Source: an uncultured Clostridia bacterium
GTDB lineage: Bacteria; Bacillota; Clostridia; Christensenellales; UBA1242
Assembly: GCA_944364445.1 (NCBI GenBank)
Contig: CALVWC010000001.1
Location: 1,575-65,574 of the forward strand
Length of the DNA stretch: 64,000 bases
Direction of reading: 5' to 3'
Made by a program: the position numbers and the translations under genes. Numbering within the stretch: the stretch's first letter is position 1; each line of letters opens with the position of its first letter. A model generated the notes under the pieces. It searched no databases. It saw nothing but the letters and a program-made list of their open reading frames with translations, and was not told the DNA's origin. Shown here piece by piece: positions 58,409 to 64,000 of the stretch.

Positions 58409-59623
58409 TTACCTCATCACTTTAACTTGCGTATGTAGTTCGCATATAATTTTGTTTTTTGCAATAATTTTTGCTTGTTTTACTACTATAAATTCACCTC
58501 GATTTATATCTATTTGATTAAGTCCACTTGTTAAAAATATTGCTTTAGGTATTTCCAACCAAATATCTTTCCTTTCACATAACGACCCATCACAAATTTT
58601 AAGAGCAATCTTTGTCTGTTTGATTGATGAAGAAAGAATGAATGCTTTAAATGAAATATTTTCACCAATATGATTTTCTATACTATTTAGCATAATTTTA
58701 TTTTCAAATGATTGATATTTTTTTAGTTCATCATTTCTTAACACTGCATATTCAAAATAATGATAAGGTTTTAAGTTGCGAAATTCGTCTATACTTCTTA
58801 ATTCTTGAATTATCTTCGACTTTCCAATATAAGTTTTTGCGGTTGCAAATTGTTTACAAACATCAGCATCGCAACAACAAGGACTAAATGAGTTGAAAGA
58901 TAATTGATTTAGTTTTTGTTTTATCTTTTTTAAATAATTTACGACATTTTCATCTGCTGGCTCTATAAAGATTATTGATGAATGATTGTTTAGATTATTA
59001 GAATAAAGTTTAATTAAATTATCTATAACCTTTTGTGAGATTTTCTCATTATGATTTAACATATTGCTTTCAATTATAATATCATATTTATCACTTATCC
59101 CTATATCACCATTTAAGTCAACATTTATCCATTTCATCTTTATACTTAAATTCTTTGGGAAAGTAGGTTTATAATTTTCAAAAATTATATTAAATATTTT
59201 TATAAACTCTTTTTCCTTTTCAAGTAAACAAAAATCAATTTCAAATTTTAATTGGGAATTATCGGCTGCTAAAATTTTAAAAAACTCTATCATCCCAAAG
59301 GTGCAAGAACCTGGACCTACGCCAAGTTCTAGAATATTAAACTTTTCATGTATTAAATTATATTTTAATAAATCCATTAGAGGTTGCCAAACTTTATAAA
59401 AATTAACAGGTAGATAATAAAGCGTGTATTCTCTATGGTTTTGTGTGTAATCAGTTTTTGTTTCGCCATAAAATAAATTTGCTATCCTTTTTGCCAAACT
59501 TGTTTTGTTTTTTATTTCATGTAATTTGTCTACATCAAACAAGTTTATAATAGATTGTTCTATTATATTTGGAATCTCAGGTTGTCCTTCATAAGTTTGG
59601 ATTATTTTATCATATTTCATCAT
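58409..59623 (-). CDS. Class I SAM-dependent methyltransferase-like protein (Rsm22-like) with a Cys cluster and a beta-rich C-terminal domain
   Basis: ILELGVGPGSCTF is motif I. YLPVNFYKVW upstream of it and SPCCCDADVC downstream resemble the Rsm22 family layout. The start overlaps the upstream ORF by 11-14 nt. Confidence 0.65.
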   Translation of the reverse strand: MMKYDKIIQTYEGQPEIPNIIEQSIINLFDVDKLHEIKNKTSLAKRIANLFYGETKTDYTQNHREYTLYYLPVNFYKVWQPLMDLLKYNLIHEKFNILELGVGPGSCTFGMIEFFKILAADNSQLKFEIDFCLLEKEKEFIKIFNIIFENYKPTFPKNLSIKMKWINVDLNGDIGISDKYDIIIESNMLNHNEKISQKVIDNLIKLYSNNLNNHSSIIFIEPADENVVNYLKKIKQKLNQLSFNSFSPCCCDADVCKQFATAKTYIGKSKIIQELRSIDEFRNLKPYHYFEYAVLRNDELKKYQSFENKIMLNSIENHIGENISFKAFILSSSIKQTKIALKICDGSLCERKDIWLEIPKAIFLTSGLNQIDINRGEFIVVKQAKIIAKNKIICELHTQVKVMR

Positions 59624-61211
59624 TTATCCTTTTTATTAAAATTTGAGCCTTGTTGTAACAAGTATCTTTATTTGGTATAGTTTTTAACACTTCTAGGGCG
59701 AGTTCTTTTTTATTTTGCAAACAATATAGAACACCTTGCTCATAAAGCATATAATTTTTTGCCTTAAAGAAATTTTTATGGCATTCATCATAACGTTTTA
59801 AAAAGTGTAAGTTTATTGCCTCTGTCAACTTAACAAAATCAGGAAATAAAAACTTTTCGTGCACTATTCTTTCTTTTGCTAAATCTAAAACTTTTTTTAC
59901 ATAATCATTAGATAATTCAAAAAAACTTTTTGCTTTATCTTCTTTTTCTCCCTTTAAAAGATAGACCAAACCTTTTATCTGTTCCACTTGAGACAGCCTA
60001 TAATAAACATCAAAATAACCAGGTTTAACTTTTAGGTCTATGTTTTTGTTGTCTTGGTTATATTTGCGAAGTTCTATAATCTTGTTTAAGTAAGATTCAA
60101 TTTTTGGTATGCTTTCTAATCTTTCTTTTTTAAACAAAATTTCTTTAATTGGTTTTCCAAAAATTTTATTATCAACATATGCGTCATAATAATTCAAAAG
60201 ATTTTCTATATTGAATTTTGAATAGCTAAACAATGCTCCAATATATTCCTTTTTATACTTTATTTGTCTATCTTCGGATAGCGATTCATATTCGTTAATT
60301 AATAGAGAATAGTTTTTGACAATTTCATTTACGCTATTTATCCACTCTTTACCGCCTTTCCATTTTATAAGTTCAAAGTTAATTTCTTTCAATTTTGTAT
60401 ATCGATATAACTCCTTATATTTTTCATAAGAACAATTTATAAGTTCAGTGTAAAGTTTTTCCGCTTTTTCATAGTAGCCTTTTTTATTGTTGTGTTCAGC
60501 CATAAAAACAACATAATAATGATAAGCAAGAATGCTTTTATGAACGCAATTGTTAGGTTCTAGTTCAATACATCTATTAATTACTTTAAAAAAGAATTGT
60601 TCAACTTTTTCTTTCTCGTTATAGTTTAGTTTTTTATAACCGGGTTCAACAATTTTTGATAGCGCATAAGCTAGTTCATTTAAACAAAAAACATTATTCC
60701 AAAATTCATGTTGTTCAATATTTTCTTCATTCGGAAATTTATCAACAATCTCTTGCCATTTATGTCTTGCTTTTAAATCGGCAATAACATTCATAAAAGT
60801 TTTATACTTTACTTCATTTGAGTTTCCTTTTATGTTTATATAAGATTGATAATCTTTTATTAAAACAATAAATGGAGATAATTCGTTTTTACCTATTATC
60901 CCTTGTTTGTAAAGATACGAAAATATCCTTTTACTAATATACTTGCAATCCTCTGACAAACTCTCTATATTTTCATATTCAATTTTAATATAATCATCAT
61001 CGATATAATATTGTTTACACTTACAAACCTTTGCAAATTGTCTCTCATCTTCCTTTTTCAACGAGCAAATTAAAATTTCTTCAATAATATCCTTATTAAG
61101 TGTTTTTAGGTCTGGAAAAGATTTTGTAATATTTTCAAAATAATCCCCCTTACAAAGATAATACTCATTATCCTGACTTATACAGAAGTTATCAAAAATT
61201 ATTAAAAACAT
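59610..61211 (-). CDS. Hypothetical 533-aa helical-repeat (TPR-like) protein, first gene of the three-gene operon
   Basis: GGAG RBS 6 nt before the ATG at 61211. The sequence is rich in Y/K/E/N with amphipathic helix pairs. No catalytic motif recognised. Confidence 0.6.
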   Translation of the reverse strand: MFLIIFDNFCISQDNEYYLCKGDYFENITKSFPDLKTLNKDIIEEILICSLKKEDERQFAKVCKCKQYYIDDDYIKIEYENIESLSEDCKYISKRIFSYLYKQGIIGKNELSPFIVLIKDYQSYINIKGNSNEVKYKTFMNVIADLKARHKWQEIVDKFPNEENIEQHEFWNNVFCLNELAYALSKIVEPGYKKLNYNEKEKVEQFFFKVINRCIELEPNNCVHKSILAYHYYVVFMAEHNNKKGYYEKAEKLYTELINCSYEKYKELYRYTKLKEINFELIKWKGGKEWINSVNEIVKNYSLLINEYESLSEDRQIKYKKEYIGALFSYSKFNIENLLNYYDAYVDNKIFGKPIKEILFKKERLESIPKIESYLNKIIELRKYNQDNKNIDLKVKPGYFDVYYRLSQVEQIKGLVYLLKGEKEDKAKSFFELSNDYVKKVLDLAKERIVHEKFLFPDFVKLTEAINLHFLKRYDECHKNFFKAKNYMLYEQGVLYCLQNKKELALEVLKTIPNKDTCYNKAQILIKRINDEI

Positions 61212-61229
61212 ACACATCTCCGTTAGCCT

Positions 61230-61238
61230 ATTATAGCA
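61230..61238 (-). promoter_or_regulatory. Extended -10 promoter (TGCTATAAT) of the three-gene operon
   Basis: The minus strand reads TGC-TATAAT, ending about 18 nt upstream of the ATG at 61211. No good -35 element. Confidence 0.5.
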
Positions 61239-61499
61239 TATATCTTTAAAAAATGATCAGTTTTCTGCCAAATAATTAAAATTTTACTATACTATTTCAA
61301 AAAAATGACTTTATAAATTCAAAATAAAGTTATTTTAGTTTTTTCTAGTTTCACAAATTACTGATATTGGTCTGTAATTTTTCAAACTAATTAAAAAGGA
61401 GTTTCGCTAATAAAAAGGATAACGCCTTTTATTGTTTATTCTGCTAGTTTCAGATATCACTAACCTTAAGGTGTATTTTTATGTTTTAAAAGGTTAAAA

Positions 61500-61530
61500 A
61501 AATAAAAAATCCAAAGAAAACTCTTTGGAT
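61500..61530 (-). terminator. Intrinsic terminator after the acidic zinc-ribbon gene
   Basis: ATCCAAAG/CTTTGGAT stem with a 6-nt loop, followed by a U-rich run on the minus strand. Confidence 0.8.
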
Positions 61531-61536
61531 TAAATT

Positions 61537-62055
61537 TTAAAAGTCGTCGTCATCATCGTCAGAATCATCATCTTCCTCGTCTTCGTCATCGTCATCATCA
61601 AAATCGTCGTCTAAATCATCCTCATCGTCGATGTCTTCATCGTCGAATTCTTCGTCAAGGTCAATATCGTCGTCGATGGTGTCGTCAAAGCCAATTTCCG
61701 TGTCGATATCATCATCTAAAATATCGCCGTCAGTTAAATCGGTGACGGAAGCCATATCGCCAGTCTCCTCATCCTCATCAATGATTTCATCCTCATCTCG
61801 ATTGAGATATTCTTCCCAATCAGAGTTGATTTCGCCATCTTCACTCTGATGCTCTTTAAGGCAAGTTGCACACATAATTTCGTCTGGCGAAATATAGTTG
61901 GTTTTGCAAATTGGGCAAAGTTCAAGGTCAAGGTCGCTGGTGTACTCATCTTTCTTTGCTGAAAGTTCCGCCTTGCAAACACTGCAAAGTTTATCCTTTT
62001 TTTCAATGTAGTTAAGTTCGCATCTAGGGCATCTAATATAAACAGGTTTTTTCAT
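61537..62055 (-). CDS. Double zinc-ribbon protein with a poly-acidic tail of about 95 aa
   Basis: CPRC...CSVC and CPIC...CATC pairs, then a nearly pure D/E tail ending DDDSDDDDDDF. GAAGGAGA RBS. Confidence 0.75.
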   Translation of the reverse strand: MKKPVYIRCPRCELNYIEKKDKLCSVCKAELSAKKDEYTSDLDLELCPICKTNYISPDEIMCATCLKEHQSEDGEINSDWEEYLNRDEDEIIDEDEETGDMASVTDLTDGDILDDDIDTEIGFDDTIDDDIDLDEEFDDEDIDDEDDLDDDFDDDDDEDEEDDDSDDDDDDF

Positions 62056-62115
62056 AAAATCTCCTTCCGATTTCGCTTTATATTCTACATATTATAAATG
62101 CTATTGTCAACTAAT

Positions 62116-62751
62116 TTAAACACTTTTTTTGGAATTTTCTTCCGCCTGAGAAGGTCTGAGATAACAAGGTTCAATCTTATCAGCACTTGATGGTTCTAAA
62201 TTATCCACTGCGAATTTTGAAAACGCCAAAAACGAGGTGGTATCAATTTCAATATAATCTGCATTATCCAGCAAAATATCGCCTTTTAAGCAAACAATTT
62301 TCCCATTAAGTGAAGATAAGTCGCCTTTATTAATCATCCTTTCCGTGCCAAGTTTTCTGCCGTTTTCGTCATACTCGCAAACAAACAACAAATTTGAAAG
62401 TGCATTAAGCACACAAACAATTTTTTCTTTGTGTTTTTGCAAATAAATATATGCTATAAGGTCCAAAGAGGATAAAGGAAACACCTTTAACTTCTCGTTC
62501 GCGCAACCAAAGCCTTTAGCAAGTGCCACGCCAATCCTTATTCCAGTGAATGACCCTGGTCCAATCACAAGTGCCAAATTTTCGATGTCGTTGATGTCAA
62601 CTTTAGCCTTTTCGCAAAGCAAGTCAATCGTTTTAAGCACATTTTCTGAATGTTTGCTTTTGGCGTCAATAGTTTCTTCAAATCGCGTATTTTTATCCAC
62701 GATTAACCCCAAATTTGCATTTAAAAACGCCGTGTTAATTGCCAAAATCAT
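62116..62751 (-). CDS. tsaB: tRNA t6A37 biosynthesis protein TsaB
   Basis: LVIGPGSFTGIRIGVALAKG motif. Follows tsaE. Confidence 0.88.
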   Translation of the reverse strand: MILAINTAFLNANLGLIVDKNTRFEETIDAKSKHSENVLKTIDLLCEKAKVDINDIENLALVIGPGSFTGIRIGVALAKGFGCANEKLKVFPLSSLDLIAYIYLQKHKEKIVCVLNALSNLLFVCEYDENGRKLGTERMINKGDLSSLNGKIVCLKGDILLDNADYIEIDTTSFLAFSKFAVDNLEPSSADKIEPCYLRPSQAEENSKKSV

Positions 62752-63182
62752 TTTTTAAACTCCTCTATTGTAAATTTTCGCGTTTTGTCGTTTATTTTTT
62801 CAATTCTAACCACAAAATCGGCATCGTTAATTAAACCTTCAACATTATCTGGCCATTCCACGAGGCAAACGCCGTCCAAGCGCGACTTGTCAAAATATTC
62901 CTCAAAACCCACCGCAAGTGCCTCTTCATAAGAGGAAAGTCGATACATATCAAAGTGGTAAATGGGAAATCTGCCCTGATATGTGTTTAAAAGTGTGAAA
63001 GTTGGGCTTGTGACAACCTCATTTGAACCTAAAAATTTCACCAAACTTTTAATAAAGGTGGTTTTACCACTTCCCAAATCTCCCTCAAAAAGAATAATCA
63101 TTGGTGGTTTAATAACTTTGCTAAACGCCTTAGCAAGCGCATCGGTTTGAAATAATTCACGAATTGTCATTTGAAGTTTCAT
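62748..63182 (-). CDS. tsaE: tRNA t6A37 biosynthesis ATPase TsaE
   Basis: EGDLGSGKTTF P-loop, VTSPTFTL, YHFDMYRL. Confidence 0.9.
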   Translation of the reverse strand: MKLQMTIRELFQTDALAKAFSKVIKPPMIILFEGDLGSGKTTFIKSLVKFLGSNEVVTSPTFTLLNTYQGRFPIYHFDMYRLSSYEEALAVGFEEYFDKSRLDGVCLVEWPDNVEGLINDADFVVRIEKINDKTRKFTIEEFKK

Positions 63183-63729
63183 TTTTCTTTCTCCTTTTGT
63201 TGAATTGCCACATCAAAATTAACCCCAGCGTGCCAAACACAGCGCCAAGTGCCATGCCAGCCAAGGTGTCTGTTAAGAAATGCTTACCAAGATACATCCT
63301 TGAAAGTGCCACCAAGCCAACATAGATGATAAGCGCTAAACATATCATTGCTCTAGAGCCTTTCGACTTATAGAACGAAAATAAGTATGCGCCAAGAAAA
63401 ACGGCGATAAGCGTCGCACAAACCACATGACCGCTTGGCATACTATAACTTGTCACAACATCGCCAATATTCATAATGCTGTCACTCACATTGAAAGGTC
63501 TATCCCTTGCAATTAAAACCTTAAGAGAACTTTGCACAAGATAGGCAAAACCATAAGTGAACAAAAACCAAAAAGCATAGCCACGCCTGTGTTTTGTGAA
63601 AAGGAATAAAAGAACAAGCGCCACCGCACCAACATAACTTCCTATCATGGAAATAACCTGAAAGGAAACATCAAAAAACGGCGTTCTTCCACCCTGCAGA
63701 AATTCAATCAGTTTAATTTCAAAGTCCAT
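63157..63729 (-). CDS. PAP2 family phosphatase (membrane)
   Basis: KVLIARDRPF, PSGH and SRMYLGKHFLTD form the tripartite PAP2 motif. Confidence 0.85.
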   Translation of the reverse strand: MDFEIKLIEFLQGGRTPFFDVSFQVISMIGSYVGAVALVLLFLFTKHRRGYAFWFLFTYGFAYLVQSSLKVLIARDRPFNVSDSIMNIGDVVTSYSMPSGHVVCATLIAVFLGAYLFSFYKSKGSRAMICLALIIYVGLVALSRMYLGKHFLTDTLAGMALGAVFGTLGLILMWQFNKRRKKNETSNDNS

Positions 63730-63915
63730 GAATATATTCTACCAAATTTGCCATAAAAAAACAAATATATTTAAAATTTTTATTTCTTTTATAAAACTTT
63801 CTTAAAAATAAGATTATAATTCTACAATAAGAATATAAGTTTTTAAACAATTCACCACAACATATAGCGTATTACGCATTGCATACCACACTTTATGTTG
63901 TTTTATATGTCAAAA

Positions 63916-64000
63916 CTATAAATTTATCTCTTCGTCGGTTGCGTTATTTTCTTCCTCGCTTTGCGAATTCCCCCCCCCAGTTGTTTCGTTATTAGAAGTT
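63916..64000 (-). CDS. Possible 3' end of a CDS running in from beyond the window; frame ambiguous
   Basis: Two minus-strand frames are open to the window edge. They end at TAG (63916-63918) or at TAA 5 nt upstream. A run of nine C/G at 63970-63978 lies inside the region. Confidence 0.3.
   Translation of the reverse strand, partial: TSNNETTGGGNSQSEEENNATDEEINL

Noticed and set aside
61340-61465. Repeated TGAAACTAG 9-mer (two copies about 100 nt apart, minus-strand sense) upstream of the three-gene operon
   Set aside because: It could be an operator pair. However, two 9-mers in AT-rich DNA are weak evidence without a cognate regulator gene or conservation data. It is noted only as context.
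63730-63745. TAGAAT -10-like element 6 nt upstream of the PAP2 ATG, with no RBS (possible leaderless mRNA)
   Set aside because: This rests on a single hexamer. tsaE/PAP2 overlap and upstream read-through are equally plausible. It cannot be judged without 5'-end mapping.
1-64000. CRISPR arrays, IS elements, integrases, prophage genes, rRNA, and alternative genetic code
   Set aside because: I found no regularly spaced repeats, transposase/integrase motifs or rRNA-like segments while reading both strands. Conserved genes end at standard stops and use TGG for Trp, so the standard bacterial code (table 11) fits.

Overview
AT-rich window from a genome that looks like an endospore-forming Firmicute (Bacillota). 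The evidence is a spoVAC-spoVAD-spoVAE set, yunB, and Bacillus-type synteny of translation genes. About 90% of genes are on the minus strand.

Most of the window is a conserved core. It holds ylxM-ffh-rpsP-KH-rimM-trmD, rbgA, yraN, hemW, lepA, efp, truB, rbfA, infB, nusA and rimP. It also holds rseP, cdsA, uppS, frr, tuf, fusA, rpsG, rpsL, tsf, rpsB, rlmH, tadA, pepF, ileS with an Ile T-box leader, tsaE and tsaB. A six-gene tRNA operon is present (Pro-Met-Asp-Phe ... Thr-Tyr).

I recognised no rRNA, CRISPR array, transposase or integrase.

The best candidate for an undescribed system is an AT-rich, translationally coupled three-gene operon at 57466-61211. It encodes a helical-repeat protein, an Rsm22-like SAM methyltransferase with a Cys cluster, and a DUF1848 protein with a C-terminal CX3CX2C motif. 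It has its own promoter and sits between a terminator and a convergent gene.

Other items worth a second look:
- a near-perfect 209-bp tandem repeat carrying tRNA-Phe 3' halves inside the tRNA operon
- a promoter-to-terminator structured RNA between tsf and rpsL
- a GC-rich multi-hairpin element at 4407-4520
- a PolC-like protein lacking the polymerase core at the polC locus
- a fused double cytidylate kinase
- a HEPN-like/CBS fusion protein
- orphan ORFs inserted into otherwise canonical operons
- small Cys-rich proteins and two long C homopolymers

All functional calls come from reading the translated motifs by eye. No database search was run.
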